Notes under the pieces: generated by a model
What the model saw: the letters and a program-made list of their open reading frames with translations, nothing else
The model's database searches: none
What the model was told of the DNA's origin: nothing
In this document: positions 15,515 through 29,135 of the stretch, in pieces
Layout of the letters: each line of letters begins with the position of its first letter
Position numbering within the stretch: the first letter of the stretch is position 1
Source of the DNA: the human T2T-CHM13v2.0 reference genome, Homo sapiens
Assembly (NCBI RefSeq): GCF_009914755.1
Contig: NC_060927.1
Direction: 5' to 3' (one strand)
Length of the DNA stretch: 64,000 nucleotides
Program-made: the position numbers and the translations under genes

Positions 15515-16169
15515 GGCCCATCAGTGGTTTTCTATGTAATTTTTTAAAGTGAGGACTTGCGAAGATCTTTAGGGAAAAGAGTTGCTGAAAAGGAATATTT
15601 AAAAAGTTGATGATTGTGTGCCATGTAATGTAACATGCTTATCTATCTTCCAACAAAATTGACAATATTTGTAAATACTTATGGGTAAGATTTTATGATT
15701 TTATGCTAAAGCAGTGAGAGAGATTATATTCAAATGTACCAAATATATTAAAAGTACACTATTTTGAAAAGCTTGGCAATTTATTCTGTTTCAGTTTTCT
15801 CATGATGTGGGATACCTACTTCACTGAATTGTTTAAAGGGTTGGAAATAAAAACCAAATCAATACTAGGAAGGTGGATTCTTAATAATATAATCTTTTAT
15901 AATATATTAGATTCACCAAAACTGCTACATGTTGTTAAATGAATACAAATTCAATCTATGAATTTGGGATGAATTGGACTCACTACACATTCTCCCTTTT
16001 ATTTTGTCCAAACTCTAATTCTGGCAAGTAACACTGAGCCTTAAGAAGAAGCCCTCTATTGTAACTGCAGTCTATTTCCTTGATATTCTCTTGCCAGAAA
16101 TAATGAAAAGAATTCATTTTGAGAGTGTTTCTCTAATAGGAAATAGACTACTGTTTAAATTTGTTTTGC

Positions 16170-16252
16170 ATTTCTATCTGTAGCACCTCACATATGATTG
16201 ACAGACAATAGACTCACCATAAATACTTATTGAGTGAATAGATGAATGAAAA
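16170..16252 (+). mobile_element. L2 3'-end fragment
   Basis: ctcaccataaatacttattgagtgaatagatgaatgaa resembles the L2 3' terminus. Confidence 0.55.
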
Positions 16253-16464
16253 TGTGATAAAGTTAAATCACAGATTTTTCTAGTTAGGCTTTCAACTAGT
16301 GTTATTGTTTCCTAACTTATCTTTAAGTCTGTAACTTATATTAGGGCAGAGGTCAGCAAATGTTTCTGTAAAGGGTCACATAATAAATATTCTAGGCATT
16401 GTTTCCTAACTTATCTTTAAATTTGTTTTCTAACTTATCTTTAAATCTATAACTTATATTAGGG

Positions 16465-16812
16465 CAGAGGTTAGCAAATGTTTATGTAAAGAGTCAGATA
16501 ATAAGTATTTTAGGCATTTGATGTAAAATTGTAGACCATTGTAGCCATATGTTCTCTTGCAGCGAGTAAAGTCTGCCATTGTGGCATGAAAGTGGCCAAA
16601 GGTAGTATGCATACAAATGCACATGCTGTGTTCTAGTAAAACTTTAATTATAACCACTAAGGTTTAAAGTTTATATAATTATCACGGGGCACAAAATATT
16701 GCTCTTTTGATATTTTAGGGCAATTTAAAAATGCAAAAATCATTGTTATCACTCACAGGCTGCTTGGAAGCAGAAAGTGGGAGAGATTGATTGATTGTAG
16801 TTTGCCAGTTGT
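16465..16812. mobile_element. MER58B-like hAT-Charlie MITE (left end duplicated at 16347-16398)
   Basis: cagaggttagcaaatgtttatgtaaagagtcagataataagtattttaggc ... tagtttgccag termini; ~345 bp. Confidence 0.75.
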
Positions 16813-17728
16813 TTTGTTAAGGTATGGCTCTTTGCTTAAAAGCATATGGAGAAAATGCAATGAATAATTTCTTCCAGTTTCCAGCACAGCCATACAGCAA
16901 ATATAAGATATTTCTATTACAAATTACAGTAGCATTTCTTTCTGAACTATTTTCAATAAGATTTTCATGGTAAATTTGAGATCCAGTTTATTCAAGTTTT
17001 ATGGTTTCAGTATTATGACAATGATGTTTATCAAAACATTTTGTTCATCTGTTAAAGTTTTCATTGGATTCAAACAAATCATCTATTATTATTTTATTTC
17101 TTTCACCTTACTCAAAACCCTAATTATATTTGACTACTCCCTCTCCCTGCATCTCTCCCCCAACCCCCACAGACAATTAATTTCTTAATTTTGTCAGTTT
17201 TCCTTTTCTTCAAGTCCTAAATGTCTTCTTTTCTGTCCCCACTCACAGCCCAGTTCAGGACCTCATCCATGGCTATATTTTGTGAAATAAACATTTTATA
17301 TACTCGATTTCTGTTCTGTCAATCACCTGTCACTATAATCCTCTGAAGTGGGAAAATGATAAAAGGAGGGACTCATTAGGAAAACTGCCATGTACTCTTT
17401 TTCCTTACAAGGACAGGCATAAGGTATTTGTCAAAATTACAGGACAACTATCTTGGAAATAAATACAAAAAAATTGTTTTCAATGTCATAGGTTATGACA
17501 GAAAACAAATTACATGTCTAGGTTGTATTTAACCCCGACCACTTATTCACAGAATTTGCAAATAAGAAATTGAAAGGAGAAAGATCAAGATATCAGGCTT
17601 CAGGGATCAGCAAGAATTCTTTGATGGTTATCTCTTCCTGTTTTTAGACTTAACTGCATGAATTTCTCTATGTAAAAATCTTCTGATTGGATTATGAATA
17701 TTTGACATTGATATTCAAGCACCAGGAT

Positions 17729-17959
17729 TGCCAAGGACTGAATGTTTCTGTCCTCCCTCCCCCCTCACCCCAAATTCATATGTTGGAAACCCTAATCCCT
17801 AATGTGATGGGATTTGGAGATAGCTTTTGGGAGGCACTTAGGCCACGATGGTGCAGCCCTCACAGTGGGATTAGTGCCCATATCAGAAGAGATAGGAGAT
17901 CTCTTTCTCCCTTCCTCCCTTCCTTCCTCTTTTTCTTTCTCTCTCTTTCTTTTTCTTTT

Positions 17960-18019
<60 letters not shown>

Positions 18020-18275
18020 TTTCTTTCTTTCTTCTTTCTTTCTTTCTCTCTCTCTTTCTCTTTCTTTCTTTCTTTCTTTCCCACCTCTCTCTCTCTCTTT
18101 CTCTCTGTCTCTCTACCCCTCTATCTCTTTCTGTTTGTCTCTCTCTCCCCACCCACCCATGTGAGAAAACCAGGAAAAGTGATCTCAGGAGATGCCAGAT
18201 CTGGGAAACTTGATCTTGACTTCATAGCTTCTGGAAAAAAAATAAATGTTGTTGAGCTACTCACAGTATTTTGTT
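17729..18275 (+). mobile_element. MLT1A0-like MaLR LTR, 5' part (3' tip at 21534-21566, split by SVA_F1)
   Basis: ggactgaatgtttctgtcc...caaattcatatgttggaaaccctaatccctaatgtgatgg; the 3' end rejoins as aataaatgttgttgagctactca-cagtattttgtt-atagcagctaaaattaaaaca. Confidence 0.85.
17900..18150 (+). repeat. (TTTC)n/(CT)n polypyrimidine microsatellite inside MLT1A
   Basis: Directly visible tetranucleotide and dinucleotide array. Confidence 0.97.
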
Positions 18276-18300
18276 TTTTTTTTGTTTTTTTTTTTTTTTT

Positions 18301-18762
<462 letters not shown>

Positions 18763-18795
18763 TGGGAAAGTCCATTCTTTTTTTTTTTTTTTTTT

Positions 18796-19290
18796 AATTT
18801 ATTTTTTTATTGATAATTCTTGGGTGTTTCTCACAGAGGGGGATTTGGCAGGGTCATGGGACAATAGTGGAGGGAAGGTCAGCAGATAAACAAGTGAACA
18901 AAGGTCTCTGGTTTTCCTAGGCAGAGGACCCTGCGGCCTTCCGCAGTGTTTGTGTCCCTGATTACTTGAGATTAGGGATTGGTGATGACTCTTAACGAGC
19001 ATGCTGCCTTCAAGCATCTGTTTAACAAAGCACATCTTGCACCGCCCTTAATCCATTTAACCCTGAGTGGACACAGCACATGTTTCAGAGAGCACAGGGT
19101 TGGGGGTAAGGTCACAGATCAACAGGATCCCAAGGCAGAGGAATTTTTCTTAGTGCAGAACAAAATGAAAAGTCTCCCATGTCTACTTCTTTCTACACAG
19201 ACACGGCAACCATCCGATTTCTCAATCTTTTCCCCACCTTTCCCGCCTTTCTATTCCACAAAACCGCCATTGTCATCCTGGCCCGTTCTC
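18796..19290 (-). mobile_element. SVA SINE-R domain (HERV-K env/LTR-derived)
   Basis: ttattgataattcttgggtgtttctc...cagcagataaacaagtgaacaaaggtctctgg...; the SVA's own poly(A) is at 18778-18795. Confidence 0.95.
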
Positions 19291-21340
19291 AATGAGCTGT
19301 TGGGCACACCTCCCAGACGGGGTGGTGGCCGGGCAGAGGGGCTCCTCACTTCCCAGTAGGGGCGGCCGGGCAGAGGCGCCCCTCACCTCCCGGACGGGGC
19401 AGCTGGCCGGGCAGGGGGGCTGACCCCCCCCACCTCCCTCCCGGACGGGGCGGCTGGCCGGGCAGGGGGGCTGACCCCCCCCACCTCCCTCCCGGACGGG
19501 GCGGCTGGCCGGGCGGGGGGCCGACCCCCCCACCTCCCTCCCGGACGGGGCGGCTGGCCGGGCAGAGGGGCTCCTCACTTCCCAGTAGGGGCGGCCGGGC
19601 AGAGGCGCCCCTCACCTCCCGGACAGGGCGGCTGGCTGGGTGGGGGGGCTGACCCCCCCCACCTCCCTCCCAGATAGGGCGGCTGGCCGGGCGGGGGGCT
19701 GACCCCCCCACCTCCCTCCCGGACGGGGCGGCTGGCCGGGCAGAGGGGCTCCTCACTTCCCAGTAGGGGCGGCCGGGCAGAGGCGCCCCTCACCTCCCGG
19801 ACGGGGCGGCTGGCCGGGCAGGGGGGCCGACCCCCCCCCCACCTCCCTCCCGGACGGGGCGGCTGGCCGGGAGGGGGGCCGACCCCCCCACCTCCCTCCC
19901 GGACGGGGCGGCTGGCCGGGCGGGGGGCCGACCCCCCCACCTCCCTCCCGGACGGGGCGGCTGGCCGGGCGGGGGGCTGACCCCCCCACCTCCCTCCCGG
20001 ACGGGGCGGCTGGCCGGGCAGAGGGGCTCCTCACTTCCCAGTAGGGGCGGCCGGGCAGAGGCGCCCCTCACCTCCCGGACGGGGCGGCTGGCCGGGCAGG
20101 GGGGCCGACCCCCCCCCACCTCCCTCCCGGACGGGGCGGCTGGCCGGGCGGGGGGCCGACCCCCCCACCTCCCTCCCGGACGGGGCGGCTGGCCGGGCAG
20201 AGGGGCTCCTCACTTCCCAGTAGGGGTGGCCGGGCAGAGGCGCCCCTCACCTCCCAGACGGGGCGGCTGGCCGGGCGGAGGGCTGATCCCCCCACCTCCC
20301 TCCCGGACAGGGCGGCTGGCCGGGCGGGGGGCTGACCCCCCCACCTCCCTCCCGGACGGGGCGGCTGGCCGGGCAGAGGGGCTCCTCACTTCCCAGTAGG
20401 GGCGGCTGGGCAGAGGCGCCCCTCACCTCCCAGACGGGGCGGCTGGCCGGGCGGAGGGCTGACCCCCCCACCTCCCTCCCGGACGGGGCGGCTGGCCAGG
20501 CGGGGGGCTGACCCCCCTACCTCCCTACCGGACGGGGCGGCTGGCCGGGTGGGGGGGATGACCCCCCCATCTCCCTCCCGGACGGGGTGGCTGGCCGGGC
20601 TGAGGGGCTCCTCACTTCCCAGTAGGGGCGGCCGGGCAGAGGCGCCCCTCACCTCCCGGACGGGGCGGCTGGCCGGGCGGGGGGCTGACCCCCCCACCTC
20701 CCTCCCGGATGGCACGGCTGGCCAGGCGGGGGGCTGACCCCCCCACCTCCCTCCCGGATGGCACGGCTGGCCGGGCGGGGGGGCTGACCCCCCACCTCCC
20801 TCCCGGATGGGGCGGCTGGCCGGACGGGGGGCTGACCCCCCCCCACCTCCCTCCCGGACGGGGTGGCTGCCGGGCGGAGACGCTCCTCACTTCCCAGATG
20901 GGGTGGCTGCCGGGCGGAGAGGCTCCTCACTTCTCAGACGGGGCAGCTGCCGGGCGGAGGGGCTCCTCACTTCTCAGACGGGGTGGTTGCCAGGCAGAGG
21001 GTCTCCTCACTTCTCAGACGGGGCAGCCGGCAGAAACGCTCCTCACCTCCCAGACGGGGTCTCGGCCGGGCAGAGGCGCTCCTCACATCCCAGATGGGGC
21101 GGCGGGGCAGAGGCGCTCCCCACATCTCAGACGATGGGCGGCCGGGCAGAGACGCTCCTCACTTCCTAGATGTGATGGCGGCTGGGAAGAGGCGCTCCTC
21201 ACTTCCTAGATGGGATGGCGGCCGGGCGGAGACGCTCCTCACTTTCCAGACTGGGCAGCCAGGCAGAGGGGCTCCTCACATCCCAGACGATGGGCGGCCA
21301 GGCAGAGACACTCCTCACTTCCCAGACGGGGTGGCAGCCG
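19291..21340 (-). repeat. SVA VNTR (~2 kb, GC/CpG-rich 35-50 bp units)
   Basis: Repeated cacctccctcccggacggggcggctggccgggcggggggctgaccccc and ctcctcacttcccagtaggggcggccgggcagaggcgcccct units. Confidence 0.98.
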
Positions 21341-21385
21341 GGCAGAGGCTGCAATCTCGGCACTTTCGGAGGCCAAGGCAGGCGG

Positions 21386-21533
21386 CTGCTCCTTGCCCTC
21401 GGGCCCCGCGGGGCCCGTCCGCTCCTCCAGCCGCTGCCTCCCCGGCGGCGCTCGCCGGCGCGGCGGCAAAGACTGAGACAGCTCCGCTGCCCGCTGAACT
21501 CCATCCTCCCGGCGGTCGGGCGGCGGCGGCTGC
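21386..21533 (-). pseudogene. MAST2: Retrotransposed MAST2 exon-1 fragment (148 bp), the 5' end of SVA_F1
   Basis: Translates QPPPPDRREDGVQRAAELSQSLPPRRRAPPGRQRLEERTGPAGPEGKEQ, matching the MAST2 N-terminus as I recall it; joined GAGCAG|CCGCCTGCCTTGG at a splice acceptor in the SVA Alu-like domain. Confidence 0.93.
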
Positions 21534-22249
21534 CAGTATTTTGTTATAGCAGCTAAAATTAAAACAATGGTATTACTTTTGAGTTTCTTCTACTGAAATT
21601 TATTGAACTTTATCAAAGTTAGAAAGTATTGTTAGATGTGAATTAATGGGCAGCTTGCAATGTCTTTCATGTCCCATTCAAGAACTCTACACTATGCTTT
21701 AAAATTTTATATTTGCAAATATAAATGTAAATATCCTTATGAAACACCTATTAGCTCTAAGGAGGAGGATACACAGGAGGCTGTCAGATGGCTCTGACAC
21801 AATGAACCCTTAGAACAGGACAGAAAACCTTTGTGCCCCAGACATCCTCCCTGGCTAAGAGCAAGTTAAATACTCAAAGCAATTGACCACATTTTGAGTT
21901 TTCCCTGCCCCTAAACAACAGTTGGCTTGGTCTTGCCTTTATATGAATCGAACTCAGGTGTTCTCTACTGCCAACTTTGATTCTCATTTTTGGACCTTCT
22001 AGGATTTGTATTCATAGGTGGTCCTTTCTATTTGCAGACCTTGGGTTTATAGAATTGATTGTTGTTTGACTTTTTTACCTTACCTCTGGAAAAAAAATTT
22101 TGCCATCCCAATAACTCAATCTTCTCCACTTTTCTTTGCCACTTTGTGCCCAGTCCTATAATTCTTAATCACTCTCAAAAACCCTAAGGAAAGAGACACC
22201 CCATTATGGAAGAGAAGTTTATGTGAATGATGATTTTAATTACTGTACA

Positions 22250-22860
22250 TTTGTTTGAAAATTGCCAACTGAGAAGAAGCTAGAGAAAAAGCCAGAAACC
22301 TGCTTGACACTATTAATTATTTTGAGTGTCTGAATAAAGTCTTAGAAAGCATATTGATCAGATTCCCAGATGGTTCAGTTCTAGGTGGTCTGACTGACAA
22401 GAAAGGTGATAAAATAAATATTCATCCTTGAGTAATGATAGACAGGCTATTTTATTTTCTTGCCTGGATTTTCAACATATCTGCTTACATTAGTTTTTAA
22501 CAGGAGAATTCATTTTAAAAAATGCAAATTTTTATCAGTATAGGTTGAAATACTGGACTGAATACAAAAAGATTCTATCCAGAAGAATGACACAAAAATA
22601 CACATTTGTGTTTTGTTTTTTAAAATTTGCTAAAAATACAAAATGGTGAGGACATGGCTTGTCAGCTAGAAGGGACTGAGCTTAACAGCTGTCAGTATGT
22701 CGAAAAAATCTGGATTCTGTAGACATGAGCTGACTTAAAAACAACAGAACATTAATAATCATAGACTGAATTAATAGAATTGTGGTATCCAGATAAAAGA
22801 AGTTAAAAGACTGTTAATCAAAGAAGACTCTCAAATATTTCTCTGCCAAGGCATACTTAA
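22250..22860 (+). mobile_element. Ancient CR1/L3-like LINE fragment
   Basis: Degenerate CR1-like phrases (aatacaaaatggtgaggacatggctt; gactgaattaatagaattgtggtatccaga). Confidence 0.4.
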
Positions 22861-22959
22861 ATATGAACATGAATATAGTCTGAATTTCACTCAATATAAG
22901 ATAAATTAAAATTAGGGTTATATTAAAATATATTCTCTTTTGAAATGACCAAGATTAAA

Positions 22960-24125
22960 GAGTCTGATGTCATAATGTATCAGTGAGGAAATGGGTGAAA
23001 TATATATTTTTGATAGTTGTTTACATTTCTAACAGTTTGGAGGATAACAATTTGGCATCTATCAAGTTTGTAAATATGCCTACTCATTGTGGTCAACTGT
23101 GCTGGGAAATATTTTAAATATTTGCTTCCATCCCTATGGGGAGATAAGGATATATCCATACCCAATTGATTTGAGCCTTGACCACATGCCTTTCTTTGTG
23201 AATAGAAGCAACATGTATTATTATTTCCAAGGAGAAACTTTAAGTACCCTCACACAGTTAGTCACGTTCTCTTTTCCTTCTACCAAAAACCTAGCATGTC
23301 CTAGAGAAGGATTACTCCTTTAATCCAAGCCAAAGTAGCCTGCAATAGACATGTAACATGAGTGAGAGAGCAATCTTTAATGTTATAAGCTACCAAGAGT
23401 TTGACATCATTTGTTATTATGGAATAGTTTAGTGTAATCTGGTTGATGTAAGCTATAGCATTTAACTCAGTGGTTCTACTTGTTTAAATTTATCCTGTAG
23501 CTATACTCAGGACTATATAAAATGGTATACATACATGGATATCTGTTACTATATTATATGTAATAATAAACTATTACAACCACCCTAAATGCTCATCAGT
23601 ATGGAAGTGGCCAAATAAAATATAATGCAGTCATATAAAAATATTCTGAAGTTGCAAAAATATTATGCAGTTTCTTTCTATTCACAAAGAAAGTCATGTG
23701 GTTAAGGCTGACATCAATGGGGTGTGGATATATAATTATCTCCCCATAGGGATGGAAGCAAATATTTAAAATATTTCTCAGCACAGTTGACCACAATGAG
23801 TAGGCATATTTATGAATTTGATAGAGGCCAAATTGTCCTCCCCAAAACTGTTAGAAATGTAAACAACTATCAATTTTATGTATTAATATGGGTTGATCTC
23901 AAACATGTATTTACAGTTATGTAAATAAGAAGGCAAATATAAAATATTTATGTGTTTATACATAGACTTTCTCTGAAATGAGATAGGAACTTGACTCTGT
24001 GTAAGAGAAATGGATGACCAATAAGTAAGTTTGAAAGGGTGTTTTTTTAATTGTGTACCCTTTTGTACCTTTGGAATTTTGAATGTATATGAATTTACGT
24101 TACATATTTAAAAGAAAAACAAAAT
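22960..24125 (+). mobile_element. L1ME-type 3' fragment, interrupted by an MLT1 LTR and an inverted templated insert
   Basis: caatttggcatctatcaag...tttaactcagtggttctact...acaaccaccctaaatgctcatcagtatggaagtggccaaataaa; ends in an A-rich tail. Confidence 0.6.
23088..23450 (+). mobile_element. Old MLT1 (I/J-like) MaLR LTR
   Basis: tgtgg start; cccaattgatttgagccttgaccacatgcctttctttg; acatgtaacatgagtgagagagcaatctttaatgttataagctac...tttgttattat. Confidence 0.65.
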
Positions 24126-24429
24126 GTTAATTACCAAAAGAAGATATAACATTTGATTAGACCATATTTGAATTTTGGAGTTCTTCACTCTCTAATAATT
24201 TTAGATTGATTTTATAATCAATCCTGCCTCTATCACTTTGCTGAATATATCACTTGTCCATTCTACCTACTAAATAACTCTAACCATTTCTTATGTTCAA
24301 TCTCACTATATAGCTTTTTTTCCCAGTGTAGCCCACTTGGATTTTTATGCCTTCTCTGAATTACAGTAAACACAGTTGGTGCCCTGCCTAGAACTACTTA
24401 CTGAGTTGGTGTGCCCATATTGCAGCTAC

Positions 24430-24765
24430 TGTAAGTGTTGCAATGATTAACATCTGAATTCTTCTCTGGAGAATTGTCCTTGGCCAATGGGAAATCTTTT
24501 ACCCTGAAATGTCTGGGAAGTTATGGAACTGCCCGGAGGACGCTTATAGCTAGAGCTAACTGAATCAAGGGTAAACAATCTTGTGCATCAAGATGGAACA
24601 ACTTTGTGGTGCCATTTGCACTCCAGAGCTCCCAATGAGATCATGACTGAAAATCAAATATTTGTTCAGTTTATTCTTCCCCATGATCCTGATTTCTTTA
24701 TTTCCTCACAGATTTCCCCAATTGTGTTCATCTTGTCAGCCCACGGGACACTGTATTTACCAACT
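24430..24765. mobile_element. LTR16-like ERVL LTR fragment
   Basis: gagaattgtccttggccaatggga; ggaacaactttgtggtgccatttgcactccagagctcccaa. Confidence 0.5.
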
Positions 24766-24773
24766 TAGTACAC

Positions 24774-24776
<3 letters not shown>

Positions 24777-24812
<36 letters not shown>

Positions 24813-24828
24813 CTATGTCTGTGTGTGT
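24777..24828 (+). repeat. (TG)n microsatellite
   Basis: Direct observation. Confidence 0.97.
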
Positions 24829-25245
24829 AGTGGGCCAACATTATTGTCAGTTGTGGTCAGTAGTGGCTCTCCTTTGTAAGTTGGGCTTTTTATCACAGAT
24901 CTAAGATTCTTAGCAATGAGAATGATGGAATCCTAGACTAGCAGAGGCCAAGTAACAGTACTTAACTTTGAAAAGTCATATTGTATTTACTCATATTTTT
25001 GTTTACCATGCACTTTCTTTCTTCTTCATGCTCCAAATTTCTTTCCTTTATTGTTTCTATTCTGTTTAGGAAATTTCCTTCAGCCATTCTTTTAGTGCAG
25101 GTCTGCTGGCCACAAGTTCCTCAGTTTTCCTTCATCCTAGAGGTTTCCTCTTTATTCCTAAAGGATATTTTCACGGGATAAAGAATTCTGGGATGACTTT
25201 TTTTTTCTTTCAACACTTGAAAAATATTGTGACACTTCCCTCTGA

Positions 25246-26450
<1,205 letters not shown>

Positions 26451-26599
26451 CTGTTTTTCGTGTTTTATTTTAGTTTTCAGAAGCTTGGTAATGATGTGTC
26501 TTGGCATAGATATCTGTGGGGTTATCATAGTTGGTGTTTGCTTAACGTCTTGAATCTATAGGTGTATGTCTCATCAAATTTGGGAAGTTTTCAATATTT

Positions 26600-26903
<304 letters not shown>

Positions 26904-29004
26904 TCCATTATTTCTTTAAATATTTTTTCAGCCCCACATTTTCTCCCCTCTCTTTTCAATTTTTCAGATGACACAAATGTTAATTCATGTATTATAATCC
27001 TATATGTCATTGAGGCATTTTTTGTTTGGTTGGTTGGTTTGGCTTGTTTTCTTTCGGTCTATTTTCTCGCTATTCTTCTATATTCCAGTTCACTGACTGT
27101 TTTTTTCTGCCCCTCTATCCTGCTACTGAGCCTATCCACCAAGTATTTTATTTTTTGTGTTGTATTTTTCAGTTCTAAAATTTCCATTTTGTTCTTCTTT
27201 ATTTTTTCTTTGTCTTTGTTGAGGCTTTCAATTTCTTTGCTGATAATTTCTAGTTTTCAGTTTATTTCAAACATGTTCATCATTGCTTTTAAAACAAACA
27301 TGTTGTGACTGCTTCAAAATCTTTGTCAAATAATTCTAACATCTCTGTTATCTTGATGCTAGCATGTTCATTCTGGCTTTTAATATGAGTTATTTTTTAT
27401 CAAAATGTGCACTTTTAAAATGTTAAGACACAGAATCTCATTTTAACCTTCTGCTGTCACTGGATTTCTCCAATAGCACTCCAGAGTCTGTCTCTTTACT
27501 ACCGAGTGGAAGTAAAAGTCCAGGTTCCCTACTCAAGTCTCCACTGCCACCTGAGATGGGGAAACCCTCTTTACTACTAGGTGGATATGGGAGTTTCAGC
27601 CCCCCGCTTGTATATTTTCCAGTGACACCATGCATCATGTACAGGTGTCCTTGTTACTAACAGGTGATGTTGAAAGTCCTGACTGTCCCCTGGACCTCCT
27701 CTACTAATACCCAAGGGAGGAATGGGAGAAGCACCTCATTGCTGCTGCACTGGGGTGGAAGCCCAGGCTTACCATGTGTTCTCCATTGACACTGGGATGG
27801 GAGCTGGGCTCACTAATACTGACGGGGGTCATGAAGGTCTCATCTCTCTACTTGGTCTTCTCTGATACCACTCTGTTGGGGCTGTGGGCACACCTTTTTA
27901 TAGGCAGGAGAGAATGGAGTCAGAATTACCCATTTAGACTTTGCTGACATGGAGGATAGGACCAGTTTTTTTTTCTGTGTTATTTGACTAGGATAGAGCA
28001 GTTATTGTCTGAGAAATTGTCCATATTTCTTGTGTGCCCCAAGGTTTTTAGTACTCTTAGTGGGAGGAATAGGGAAATGTTCATCTATTTCCTCTTCCTG
28101 GAAGCAGTCTCAAGACTTGAAAGACAAAAACAAAAACAAACAAACAAAAAAATGGAAACAATTCTTCACTGATTTAGGACTCATGCTCCCCCATTCAGTC
28201 AAATCCAAATTCTATATTGTATTTCATTCTAGAAACAGAAATCTCCCCACTCCTTTTCATTCCTAAAGGTTTAAAAATAAATCCTCTAGGCTTTTTCCAT
28301 CCCTCAAGCTGATTTTTCTTACTCTGACATTAATAAATGCTTTCATCAAATGGCACTTGATCAGATGGTTTGTGTGACCTGATAGGGTGACACAGAACCT
28401 CTTTTCAAACTGACAGAGTATTCAAAGGCTTTACTCTTTCCAGAAGTAAAGCTGCTTTGTAAATGCCAGATTCTTTTAAAATTGTGTTCCTTGCAACTGC
28501 ATGTATTATTCATCTGACTGAAGTATCCCACACTGTCAAGGGGGAAAATTGCAAGAAATCCATCTTTGAGCTTTCCTTTGATGCTGTGAGAAGATTCAGA
28601 ATGAGTGGACTGGAAGATGATTGTATTTTTCCTTTACCTTTTGGTTAAACTGATGATATCTGCCGCATGCTTTATATCACCATGTGACATGTCTCCCAGG
28701 AGGATGACCCTGAGAGTTTGAGTCACCCAAGAAAAAAGAAGTAAGTCATGAGATCCAAGCGTCACTGAGGAGTTACCCATGCTGACAAACAGCTACACAC
28801 ATTTCTGTAGCTCTGCCCATAATGCTTTTTGAATGGGGCACCAAGCAACTTACTTGATAAAGTAGTAATAGCAGCAGACGCTGCAAAGTGCCTAGATATG
28901 TTCTTCCTAGTACACAATTTACAAGGCCAGGTCTTAAATGAGATAGAATAATACAAAGGTAAGACTGGAAAAGCCTTTACTGGTCATGAATCATAACCTC
29001 TTTA

Positions 29005-29135
29005 CCTATCCTGCCATTCTACAGGTGAGAAGACCAGGAAGTTTCAGTGACTTGCCCAGTGGCAAATAATGGCAAAACTAAGACTTACGTCCAGATTTCT
29101 AGTTTTAAGCCCTTGTTCTTTCATACACACCATAC
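29005..29135 (-). mobile_element. MIR fragment
   Basis: ccattctacaggtgagaagacc...agtgacttgcccag core. Confidence 0.6.

Noticed and set aside
19291-21340. CRISPR-like repeat array
   Set aside because: Units are contiguous with no unique spacers, there are no cas genes, and the context is primate DNA; this is the SVA VNTR.
21386-21533. The true MAST2 locus
   Set aside because: Only a truncated exon-1 piece with no GT donor or intron, fused to SVA and enclosed by TSDs.
19273-21549. Many overlapping Pro/Gly/Arg-rich ORFs, up to 228 aa
   Set aside because: By-product of the stop-poor GC-rich SVA VNTR; not genes.
23087-23796. Paralogous small-protein gene pair (MWSTVL...)
   Set aside because: GTG-start ORFs that simply mirror the inverted duplication of repeat-derived DNA.
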